Of a stretch of 64,000 bases of DNA, positions 26,556-36,407 are shown piece after piece. The stretch is from a bacterium (GTDB taxonomy: Bacteria; Acidobacteriota; HRBIN11; JAKEFK01). A program made the position numbers and the translations under genes. Numbering within the stretch: position 1 is the first letter of the stretch; the number at the start of each line of letters is the position of its first letter. A model generated the notes under the pieces. It searched no databases. It worked only from the letters and a program-made list of their open reading frames with translations, and was not told the origin of the DNA. The DNA lies in contig JAKEFK010000048.1 in NCBI GenBank assembly GCA_022616075.1, positions 2,371-66,370 on the forward strand. The letters are read 5' to 3'.

Positions 26556-29500
26556 ATGCTAACACAGAACAAACGCATCAGTCCTATCCTTGCTCCAGCC
26601 GTCGCGATCATGAACCGGCTGAAGTACCCTCAAAAGTTTGCGCTCATCAGTTTGTGTTTTGCAATTCCGCTGGCGACGGTCATGTTTTTTTTGATTTCCG
26701 AAATGAATGACCGCATTGAATTTTCTGAAAAGGAAATCATCGGTGATGCATACCTCCGCCCTTTACGGAAGCTCCTTGAACATGTCCCTTCAGCGCGAAG
26801 CCTGGCTCATTCTTACGCGAAAGGGCAAATCACGCTGCGTCCGGAATTGATTGAGCTGCAATCGATCATCGATCAGGATTTTCAGGAACTCTTATCTGCC
26901 GAAAAGCAATACGGAAAGATTCTAAATACAAGTTCCAGACTGAATGTTTTGAGCGAGAACTGGAAATTCCTGAAGAATAAGACTCTCAGTCTCGAGGCAT
27001 CGGACACCGACACGCTCTATGGCAAAGTGATCGGTGATATACGAGCGTTGGTCTCTCATGCGGGGGATACTTCCAATCTCATTCTGGATCCCGACCTTGA
27101 TAGTTACTACCTCATGGATTCAGTCCTGCTGAAACTGCCTGAAGGTGTGGATCTGGTTTCACGAACCAGTTTTTTTGCGCAATCCATTTTGGAACGCGGC
27201 TCGATGACGGCGGAAGAGAAGGCTGAGCTGATCACGTTAACGGGCTTAGTGCGTTCGAATTCAGAAGCCACACGGGCAGGTTTACAAGTAGGGTTTCGCA
27301 ACAACCCGGCGCAAAACTTGAAACCAGCCCTGGAAGAGCCGGTCCAGAATGCAGTTGCTCAAACCGAAGAGCTATTGAAAGCAATTGATGCCGAAATCCT
27401 TGACGCTCCGCAGTTGACCACGACGCAAGAGAGCCTTGAGGCACTCACTCGAAAAACGCTGGAGAAGGATTTCAGTTTGTGGGATCGCACGGTTGCAGAA
27501 CTTGATGGACTTTTGCGCACGCGAATCGATGGATTTGAGCGCAAAAAGCGATTGGTGGAAGTGATCTCCGTTCTTATGCTGGCACTCGTAGGGTATCTGC
27601 TTGTCGGTTTTTACAGAGCCGTTATGAATACTGTCTCCGGTCTGCAGGAGGCCTCCGATGCAATGATCCAGGGGAATCTTACTGGCTCCGTTTCGCTCGA
27701 AACCCGTGATGAATTGGGTCCTGTGGTGCAGTCGTTCAACAATATTGCGCGCGGATTGGTGGAAGCCAAAGAAAAATATAGGGGTATTTTTGAAAATGCA
27801 GTGGAAGGGATCTTCCAGAGCACATCCGATGGGAAATTTATCAGCGTGAATCCCGCGATGGCGCAAATCCTTGGATACAAAAACGAAGACGAAATGATCA
27901 ACAATATCTCGGCAATTTCCAATCAGCTTTACGTCGATCCAAGCAGGCGTATGGAATTCATCCGCACAATGCAGGAAGAGGGGGCCGTCACAAAATTCGA
28001 ATCCCAGGCGTACCGCAAAAGACGGCACTATGATCTGGATTTCCGAAAAGGTGCATGCCGTTTACGATGCGCAGCACAATCTACTCTATTACGAAGGGAG
28101 CATTGAGGACATCACAGAGCGGAAAGTCGCTGAGGAGGCTCTCGAACAGAAAACTGCATTATTGAAGGTCTTGCAGGAAGTAGCAGTTGCGGCAAATCAG
28201 GCTACGAATGAATTAGAAGTTCTGCAGTTCGGAATCGACCGGGTCTGTGAATTTACCAGATGGCCGGTGGGTCATGTATATATGGTGTCCAGAGGATCGG
28301 AAGGCACTCTGGCCCCGACAACGATCTGGCACCTGCCCAAGGATGGACGTTTCGATACCTTCCGAAGAGTAACCGAATCGACGCATCTAGAAAAAGGAAA
28401 AGGCCTTCCGGGCCGGGTGGCTTTGAGCGGCAAACCTGCCTGGATTATGGATGTAACAAAAGACTCCAACTTTCCGCGGGCAAAGTTCGCTGAAGACATT
28501 GGCGTTCATGGCGCCTTTGGTTTTCCGGTATTGATCGGATCTCAAGCCGTGGCAGTTATGGAATTCTTTACAGAAAAACCAGCCGAGCCGGATGAAGCTT
28601 TGTTGCAGGCAATGGCGCATATCGGTACGCAGCTTGGACGGGTCTTCGAACGCAAGCGTTCCGAAGAAGAGTTGAGGCAAGCGAAGGACCAGGCCGAAGA
28701 AGCGAATCGCTCGAAAAGCAAGTTTCTCGCGACGATGAGTCATGAATTACGGACTCCGCTGAATGCCATTATCGGATACAGCGAAATGCTTCAGGAGGAA
28801 GCCGACGATCTCGGAGTTAAAATATTTGATTCGGACCTGAAAAGAATTCACTCCGCCGGAAAACACCTGTTGACTTTGATCAATGACATCCTTGACCTTT
28901 CCAAAATTGAAGCTGGAAAGATGGAGTTGTTTCTCGAAACATTTTCACTTGCTGGTTTGATTCAGGATGTGGTGAACACAGTGCATCCGCTTGCGGAAAA
29001 AAATGGAAATAGAATCAAAGTTGAAAGTGAAAAAGATCCCGGGAGCATGCATGCTGACGTTACGCGCGTGCGACAAATTCTGTTTAACTTGATGAGCAAT
29101 GCATGCAAGTTTACAAAATCGGGAACCATCACAGTGCGGGTGAATCGAGAAATAAGAAAGAGCGGCGAGTGGTTCCGTTTCGATATTTCCGATACGGGCA
29201 TCGGAATGACTCCAGATCAGCTCGCCCGGTTGTTTGAGGCTTTTACTCAGGCTGACGCTTCCACAACCAGACAGTACGGGGGAACCGGCCTGGGTTTGGT
29301 CATTAGCCGTAAATTCTGCCATATGATGGGCGGAGACATCACTGTTCAAAGCGAACATGGCCGGGGAACAACTTTTACCGTTGAGTTACCTGTTGATGTC
29401 TCAAGTCATGGTATTCAACGAGTCCAGGTATTTGAAGAAAAAATCGCCGCGGAACCGTTGACTGCAGTTGGCAAGGAGGATTTCCGTTCTACGATATTAG

Positions 29501-30249
29501 TAATTGATGACGATCCGGACGCAAGAGATTTGATGTCGCGAGTCCTTTTCCGGGAGGGATTTCGTCCAGTGCTTGCTTCTTCGGGAGAACAGGGATTGTT
29601 TCTTGCCCGGGAATTGCGCCCGAAGGTGGTTATCCTGGACGTTTTAATGCCGGTGATGGACGGTTCGACGGTACTCACGGAAATGAAAGCGGATCCGGAA
29701 CTTGCAGATATTCCGGTCATCATGGTAACGATGGTCGATAACAAGGAGTTGGGCTATGCTCTCGGAGTAAGTGACTACTTGAGCAAGCCCGTGGACCGGG
29801 AACGGCTTGCTTGTGTGTTGCGGAGATTCAGCTGCCCGAATCCACCTTGTCCGGTGCTCGTTGTTGAAGACGATGAAGAAACCCGCGACATTTTCAAACG
29901 CGCATTGGAGAAAGAAGGCTGGAGTGTCGCTGTTGCGGAAAACGGCCGCGTCGGACTTGCCCGGGTATCCGAACAGATTCCGGAATTGATCCTTCTGGAT
30001 CTCATGATGCCGGAAATGGACGGCTTTGAGTTTGTGACAGAGTTGCGAAAAAACGAAGCCTGGCGCCAGATCCCGTTGATTGTTGTTACGGCCAAAGATT
30101 TGACGCAAGATGACCGCAACCGGCTAAATGGATACGTTCAGTCCATCTTGCAGAAGGGGGACTACACCAAAGATGGGCTGATGCAAGAACTAAGAAGCTT
30201 GCTTGCCGCCTGTGTTCGCGAAAGCGCTGGAAAAGAACGCACTACGTAA
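26556..30249 (+). pseudogene. hybrid histidine kinase (TM-sensor-TM-HAMP-PAS-GAF-HisKA-HATPase-REC-REC) split by a +1 frameshift
   Basis: Removing one A from AAAA at 28017-28020 restores the PAC motif [12 protein letters not shown] and joins ORFs 26556..28106 and 28030..30249 (1230 aa). Confidence 0.85.
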
Positions 30250-30277
30250 CGACTACTATCTGGTTTGAGGTAATTTT

Positions 30278-30739
30278 TTGGACGAAGAATTATCATCAGA
30301 AGAGCTGAATGTTATTCTTATTGAAAATCAGCCTGAAATCATTTCAAAGGTTCATTCACTGCTCACGGAAATCAAAGAATGCCGGCTGAAAGTTCATTCT
30401 TCACATCACGAACTGGGAAGGCAAGTAGAAGCAGAACTTCCAGACCTCGTTTTACTTGCTCATGCCGAAAATGCCCCTCAAATAGTGTCGGAGATTCGTG
30501 AACGATCTCCTGATACGTACGTGGTCATCCTCCTGCCTGCGATTCAGGAAGACCTGGTTAATGAATACATTAATCGCAGAGCTCACGGACTTTTGTTCAA
30601 GAATCAGAATTTTTAAGGCGATTTCATTTCGACAATGAAGAAAGCTTTTGCCCGAATTGTGGAACGCAAGTCTTCCTTGCTGAATTCTTTAAGCAAAGTT
30701 CTTTTTTCGCAAGTAATCGCGAAATGGAACGGCTTTTGA
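30278..30739 (+). pseudogene. degenerate receiver-like protein interrupted by an in-frame TAA
   Basis: VILIEN..PDLVLL REC-like fold; after TAA 30614-30616 the frame stays open (GDFISTMKKAFARIV...) to a TGA overlapping the next ATG. Confidence 0.6.
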
Positions 30740-32046
30740 TGAATGTCAAGACACTCCAGCCTGGCCAAACGATCATGCATTACAAGATTGTTGAGTCTCT
30801 CGGTGAAGCTGGAATGGGTGAGGTGTATCGCGCGGAGGATCAAAAGCTGCGACGCCAGGTTGCTATTAAAGTTTTGTCTGTGCCTGTAATGCGCGATCAA
30901 ACTGCCCGAACCAGATTGATGCGTGAAGCAATCGCAGCGTCCGCTTTAAACCATCCGAATATCATCACAATTTATGCAATTGAAGAAGTCAATGATGTCT
31001 CGTTTATCGTCATGGAATTCGTTGAAGGGAAAAGCCTCTACCGGATCCTGAAACGAGGGCCGTTGCAGTTTGAGCAAATCATTGACGTTGGAGCAAAAGT
31101 TGCTGACGCTCTTTCGGCCGCTCACTCGATCGGATTGATTCACCGGGACATCAAACCGGGAAACATCATGATTACTGCCGGGGGAAATGTGAAGCTGCTG
31201 GATTTTGGCCTCGCCAAATGTATGCCGAATGTCGGACAGGATTTTTCGACAGATCCGCTTTTCGCCAGCACGCTCACAACGATGGGCTCGCCAGTAGGAA
31301 CGATCAATTACATGTCGCCTGAACAAACACGGGGGGAATCACTGGATACGCGAACTGATATTTTTTCTTTGGGAAGCGTGCTTTACGAAGCGGCAACTGC
31401 CAAATCCCCCTTCCGGGGCGCAAGCATTCTTGAATTATTCCATGAAATTGCTACTGCTGAGACAAAAGCACCCAGCAGTATCGTCTCCACTATTCCTCAA
31501 TCATTTGATGCGCTCATTTCACGCGCAATGGCTAAAAAGCCGGAAGACCGCATTGCGACTGCTGCTGAATTCTCCGAAACATTGAAGAAGCTGCTCCATT
31601 CTGAGCTGGTTCATTCGCGAGAACCATCGCACGAAATTCCGACAATCAAGCAATCCGCATCAGCAACCGGAGAAACAATCTTTCTTGTAGAAGACAATGA
31701 AGACAACCGGGACATGCTAACACGCAGATTGAAACGTAAAGGCTACGAGGTACTTATCGCTGTCAACGGAAGAGATGCTCTGGATCGCATTCCCGTTGAA
31801 CGACCTGACCTGATTCTAATGGACATCAGTTTGCCGCTGGTGGATGGCATTGAAGTGAGTCGCAGGTTGAAGAATTCCGATGCTACAAAGGACATCCCCA
31901 TCATCGCGCTTACGGCTCATGCAATGGCGGGCGACCGTGAAAAAGCGCTGGCTGCCGGATGCGACGACTACGATACAAAACCTGTCGATTTTGAAAGACT
32001 GCTGAACAAGGTCTTGCGCTCACTGGAAAAGAAAAAAGCGAAATAG
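30739..32046 (+). CDS. Ser/Thr protein kinase fused to a C-terminal receiver domain
   Basis: LGEAGMGEVY, VAIK, HRDIKPGN, DFG, YMSPEQ; REC LVEDN..LMDISLP..LTAH..TKP; no TM; start 30739 or 30724. Confidence 0.93.
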   Translation: MNVKTLQPGQTIMHYKIVESLGEAGMGEVYRAEDQKLRRQVAIKVLSVPVMRDQTARTRLMREAIAASALNHPNIITIYAIEEVNDVSFIVMEFVEGKSLYRILKRGPLQFEQIIDVGAKVADALSAAHSIGLIHRDIKPGNIMITAGGNVKLLDFGLAKCMPNVGQDFSTDPLFASTLTTMGSPVGTINYMSPEQTRGESLDTRTDIFSLGSVLYEAATAKSPFRGASILELFHEIATAETKAPSSIVSTIPQSFDALISRAMAKKPEDRIATAAEFSETLKKLLHSELVHSREPSHEIPTIKQSASATGETIFLVEDNEDNRDMLTRRLKRKGYEVLIAVNGRDALDRIPVERPDLILMDISLPLVDGIEVSRRLKNSDATKDIPIIALTAHAMAGDREKALAAGCDDYDTKPVDFERLLNKVLRSLEKKKAK

Positions 32047-32053
32047 CCGGCGT

Positions 32054-32827
32054 TCATTCACCTATCCTTGGAAGATTGATGTCGAGTTGAAGCGTCCATT
32101 TCCATTTACCGTTGACACCTTCGTCGTTGAACCAAACAGGGCCGGTCAAGAGGCTAATGTCCCTGGTAAAGAAAACGTAGAGGCCGAATCCGCCGCCTCC
32201 AAACGCGTTATTTCCCGATGCATAATCGCCCGCGAAAACCAATCTGTTAAACTCATTTCCCGCTGAGTCTTTTACCGGCATAAAGCCCCGGTCAAAAGCA
32301 ATCTCAAACCCTTTATTTTCTTTCTCTCCATCACTGCTGAGCAGAACATCACCATTGCCAATGTACGGGCCGGCCGAGATCCGGCCAACATTTGGAAACA
32401 CTTTTCCTACCACCAGATGAACAATATTTTGATTGGTCACACCGCTCTCAGTTCCCACATTGAAAATCCCCAGTTGGATGGCTGGCTACCCTTCAAACAG
32501 CGCATCTGCAGGTGTACCAATCCTGGCGTTAAACAAGAGTGGATGATCGCTTGGTTCCAAGAAATCGAAACCAACTTCCATTTGGAGTTTTTCAAATGGA
32601 AGAATCCCCACTGTCAGACCATAATCCGTTGGAAAATCTCCGCCTCCATCCGAAGCATCGCGAAAAACAGTAAAGTAGCTGTCGTAAGTAATATGAAATA
32701 CTTTGTACGACTGAATATCCAAGGTCATCGGAGTCCAGTAAGTGGTCGACGGCGTCGCATAACTTATGGATCCGAAAGAGACGAAGGCAACAAAAGCCAC
32801 CAGAAAAACTGTCCATCTAATCTTCAT
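32054..32827 (-). pseudogene. secreted / outer-membrane beta-barrel-like protein interrupted by an in-frame TAG
   Basis: ORFs 32486..32866 and 32054..32458 are in the same frame, separated only by TAG (ALFEG*PAIQLGIFNVG); signal peptide; C-terminal WKWTLQLDINL strand. Confidence 0.75.
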
Positions 32828-32872
32828 ATTGGGACATATTTTAGCCCCCATCATCTTCGGCCACAAGGGTAT

Positions 32873-34096
32873 TCAATTGCCATATTCTCCAACCAGGCGG
32901 AGGAGTAAGAAAAAGCCAGGATAGAAGTTCTCTTCATCGCAATCCATTGTAAAGAGAGGCTGCGCGTCGACGGCGTTGAACAAATAGAACTTCCCAGAAT
33001 CGAAGGAATACGAGAGCGGTTTTGAAAAGGGGAACGTCATGCTGAAATTTCCGCCGAGCAAACTGGTCGACAGATAACGAACCTCATCTTTTGAAATGCG
33101 AGCAAACCGTCCCCAGGGAACATCCTGTTGAGTTGCGACTTTCAGGTAGAGGCGGTCTGCGATTTGCTTGGAAATGTCCAGTTTGGCTTGTTCCAATTCC
33201 TTATCATTGCCGTAGCGTTGTGTTTTGATTTGCATCAACTTCAAATCAGGTAAAGATTTGAGCTTCAACTGGGTCCGCGTGAAAGCGTAAATTCCATTTA
33301 CGAATTGAAGGCCGACTGCGTATTGAAGCGTTTCACAATTCCTGAAAAAAAGGACTCTGTGTCCCGGCCGCTGAATGATTCCGTTCTCGTAAAAATCCCA
33401 CGTGCGTCTCTGGAGCAGGATTGACAGAAATAACTGAAGCGCCGAATCGTCCTTTCGTCTGAATAAGAGCCGGCCCAAAGAACTGGACGATTGCGGAGGT
33501 GGATTCTTTTTAACGTAGCGATCCAGTATTTCCAAAAGAATACGTGATTGTGCGGTTTCCATTGGAATTCGAACAAAGGGATAGCTCTCTTGCAATTTCC
33601 AAACGGTTACATGATTTTCGCTCATTGCGGCATCCCAAATTTCTTTGCAATTCAGTTTCTTTCCGTTTGATTGCAAAGCTTCCGCCGTCAAAATCCAGCC
33701 ATTTCCCTGCAGAGATCCTCCCGATTCGATCTCATTTTGTGCGCGATCGGCCAGTTGTCCAATCAGTTTGTTAGCAAAAAACGGGAAATCGTCAGGAGGA
33801 TCGATCTTACTGATGTGTTTTAGAGAAATTTTTCCGGAGGAAGTGGCCAGAATGATCTCGTATTTTGTTCCGGTGCAGATCCCATTCGTATATGAATCCG
33901 CTTCCTTCCATTTCAAAATCCGCGCATCGGAAAAGAAAATGGATGAGTCATTACTCCCGATTCGGATTCGAAAGCCATTCTGATGAATGAACAATACAGG
34001 TTTCCAAAAAAAATACCGGGAAGAGCTCAGAATGAGTGGTGGCTTTTCCTCAGAACCTAGATCAGGATTGGTGTGTTTCAAACTCACGCGCCACAC
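32873..34096 (-). CDS. hypothetical protein with a two-fold internal repeat (start uncertain)
   Basis: 407-codon ORF co-oriented with its neighbours; duplicated xNG..NGI..Q(L/I)ADR pattern. Confidence 0.6.
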   Translation of the reverse strand: MWRVSLKHTNPDLGSEEKPPLILSSSRYFFWKPVLFIHQNGFRIRIGSNDSSIFFSDARILKWKEADSYTNGICTGTKYEIILATSSGKISLKHISKIDPPDDFPFFANKLIGQLADRAQNEIESGGSLQGNGWILTAEALQSNGKKLNCKEIWDAAMSENHVTVWKLQESYPFVRIPMETAQSRILLEILDRYVKKNPPPQSSSSLGRLLFRRKDDSALQLFLSILLQRRTWDFYENGIIQRPGHRVLFFRNCETLQYAVGLQFVNGIYAFTRTQLKLKSLPDLKLMQIKTQRYGNDKELEQAKLDISKQIADRLYLKVATQQDVPWGRFARISKDEVRYLSTSLLGGNFSMTFPFSKPLSYSFDSGKFYLFNAVDAQPLFTMDCDEENFYPGFFLLLRLVGEYGN

Positions 34097-34544
34097 GGTG
34101 GCCCAAAAGATGATTTGCGATCAGGTAGCGCACTTCCAGATACGTTGCGAATCCGCTGATCATCACAGCCAGAAATCCAAGACTGAAATGAAACCATACA
34201 GGAAAAACTCCTGTGTGCACTCCCCCGCCCAGAATTGTTTGTATCATTACGGCAAGCATAGCCATTGTTGCAACTTTAAAAATGCTCTTCCGGTACGTTT
34301 TGGTTTGCGCCACATATTTTTGGTCCAGATGCTTTTTTTCGACCGCTTCACGGATCATGCGTCCCACAGCAACCACATACATCATTGTGAGACTGTGCGC
34401 AAAAACGTTCAGCGCGGTCGCGCAAAGAGCCATAACGATGTGAGAGCGGATCGAAGGTCCTGAATCCACAAGGATTCCCTGAGCAAACACCCAGACTAGA
34501 AATACGATCGAAGCGAGGTTGAAGGTGATAAGAATCCCGGTCAT
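34062..34544 (-). CDS. small 4-TM membrane protein
   Basis: Four hydrophobic segments, several His; ATGA overlap with the upstream gene. Confidence 0.75.
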   Translation of the reverse strand: MTGILITFNLASIVFLVWVFAQGILVDSGPSIRSHIVMALCATALNVFAHSLTMMYVVAVGRMIREAVEKKHLDQKYVAQTKTYRKSIFKVATMAMLAVMIQTILGGGVHTGVFPVWFHFSLGFLAVMISGFATYLEVRYLIANHLLGHRVAREFETHQS

Positions 34545-35344
34545 GAGTGATGGCGCGCTAGAAAATTGAGGACGACGGGATTTACTTCATCGGGAAACTC
34601 ACGCCAGAATCCGTGTTTGCCACGCGAGAAAATCATCAGTTCGGCGTTCGGAATGGAAGCGGCCAGATCGCGGGATTGTTCCGGAGTTGTGATCGAGTCC
34701 TCCTTCGCAGCGATCACCAGAGTGGGAGCTTTGATTTGTCTTGCCAGCTCCCGGCTGTCATGCGTCTCGCAGGCAATCGACTGGCTAAGATAGCCTTGCA
34801 GCAGCTCTTCTGAGCCGATTTCTGCCAGCAACCGCCGCGCTTCATCCAGGCGGGAACGATTCGTCACACAATATTCATTCGAATAGGATAGAAGGAAAGC
34901 CAACCGGTAAGTTTCGAAAAGTCCGGCTTTTTCGGCGAGAATGCGCCCCATCTCGAGCAGCTCCTCTCCGTACGAATCATGCCGCATTAATGTGCAGGCG
35001 AGAACGAGCGAACGGACCCTTTCCGGATGGCGCGCGGCAAGAATCTGAGCGATCATTCCTCCCATGGATTTCCCGACTACATGAACCTGTTCCATCTGGA
35101 GTTGGTCCAAAAGCGCTATCGCATCTTCAGCCATACTCTCAGTCGTGTAAGTTCCGGAGGGTTTCGTGGATCTCGCTGATCCTCGATTCTCCAGTATGAT
35201 CGTTTTGTAACCTTCCTTCAGGACGGGTAAAAATGTTCCCCAAGTTCCAGCATCGGAACCCAACCCGGGAATCAACAGGATTGGATCACCGGACCCGTTT
35301 ACTTCGTGGTAGAGATTGATGCCATTAACGCGAGCGTATGTCAT
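34541..35344 (-). CDS. alpha/beta fold hydrolase
   Basis: LIPGLG, ENRGS, GKSMGG nucleophile elbow, C-terminal Asp and His. Confidence 0.92.
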   Translation of the reverse strand: MTYARVNGINLYHEVNGSGDPILLIPGLGSDAGTWGTFLPVLKEGYKTIILENRGSARSTKPSGTYTTESMAEDAIALLDQLQMEQVHVVGKSMGGMIAQILAARHPERVRSLVLACTLMRHDSYGEELLEMGRILAEKAGLFETYRLAFLLSYSNEYCVTNRSRLDEARRLLAEIGSEELLQGYLSQSIACETHDSRELARQIKAPTLVIAAKEDSITTPEQSRDLAASIPNAELMIFSRGKHGFWREFPDEVNPVVLNFLARHHS

Positions 35345-35360
35345 ATCATATTCAAGAGGC

Positions 35361-35463
35361 TAGAGGGCAGCCTTCCAGGCTGCATTACGGGCCGCAGGCA
35401 TCTTACCCGCTGCGTACTGGAAGTCCGCGGCGCCTAATGCGGGCTGGAAGCCCGCGCTCCATA
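35361..35463. repeat. composite palindromic repeat, family C
   Basis: GCAGCCTTCCAGGCTGCATTA...TAATGCGGGCTGGAAGCCCGCGCTCC with an inner palindrome; between co-oriented genes. Confidence 0.7.
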
Positions 35464-35464
35464 G

Positions 35465-36400
35465 TCACAGCGTACTCATCAACTCTTCCACTTCTTTGCG
35501 ATCGGCGGCATTCGGATTCAGCTCAAGATATTTTTGAAATTCTGATTTCGCCTCCGCACTTTTGGATTGTCCCAACAAAGCCATTGCGAGTTGATAGTGA
35601 GCAACTGGCTCTTTTGGATTGATCTCAACAGCTTTCCGATAGGCGCTCTCCGCCTCAACATACTTGCCGGAGTTGGAATAACATACACCTAGATTGTAGA
35701 AAGCATTGTAGTTTTGCGGCAACAGTTCGGTCGCTTTCGTGAGCGCGTCGATTGCTGGAGAATCAAACTTTCTTTCGGCAAGATAACTATTGCCAATCGC
35801 AAGATAACCTTCACCGAAATCCGGTTTCAGCTTGACCGCTTCTTGAAAGTGCTGCCTTGCCTTTTCTAAGTTATCTTTACGTTCATAAGCAGCCCCCAGA
35901 TTGTAATGAGCAACCACAAGCGTTGAATCGAGTTGCAATGCTTTTTCGAACGCGGCAATTGCTTCGTCCAATTTCCCTCCGTTCAACGCGGCAAGTCCGG
36001 CTTTTGCCTCTTTAACGGCAGGCGATTCTTCAGACGCGGCGGGCTGCTGCGTTTTCTGCTGAGCCGCAACGGATTGCATCTTAAAATCTACAGTTGTTCC
36101 TTTGTCGGCTAAAGTTACACGAACGTCAGCGTACTCATACTCTACCGGCTTATATCCTTCTTTGCTGACCGTGACCCGGTACTCTCCGGGGAATACACCT
36201 ATGTGTATGTATTCCCCTTTTGCATTTGTATGCGCAGTGTATTTCTGACTGATTTCGCCGGTCGAACTAATCGTGATCGTGGCCTTGTCAATCGGTTTTC
36301 CATCCACATCCTTGACCGTACCGCGGACCTTCCCGGCTGCAGCAAAAACCTGCACCGATATCAGGAGAAAGAACAAAAACAGAAAACGAAACTTCATCAC
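35465..36400 (-). CDS. secreted carboxypeptidase-regulatory-like domain + TPR protein
   Basis: Signal peptide, GKVRGTVKD.DGKPI..A, PGEYRVTVSKEGY, then TPRs. Confidence 0.88.
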   Translation of the reverse strand: MMKFRFLFLFFLLISVQVFAAAGKVRGTVKDVDGKPIDKATITISSTGEISQKYTAHTNAKGEYIHIGVFPGEYRVTVSKEGYKPVEYEYADVRVTLADKGTTVDFKMQSVAAQQKTQQPAASEESPAVKEAKAGLAALNGGKLDEAIAAFEKALQLDSTLVVAHYNLGAAYERKDNLEKARQHFQEAVKLKPDFGEGYLAIGNSYLAERKFDSPAIDALTKATELLPQNYNAFYNLGVCYSNSGKYVEAESAYRKAVEINPKEPVAHYQLAMALLGQSKSAEAKSEFQKYLELNPNAADRKEVEELMSTL

Positions 36401-36407
36401 TTTGATC

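Noticed and set aside
28011..28030. Programmed frameshift in the hybrid kinase
   Set aside because: Only an A4 run, with no slippery heptamer or obvious stimulator; mutation or assembly error is simpler
32486..32488. Pyrrolysine or genome-wide TAG recoding
   Set aside because: TAG is a normal stop for intact genes here (ends at 195, 5891, 10531, 25447) and no pyl genes are visible
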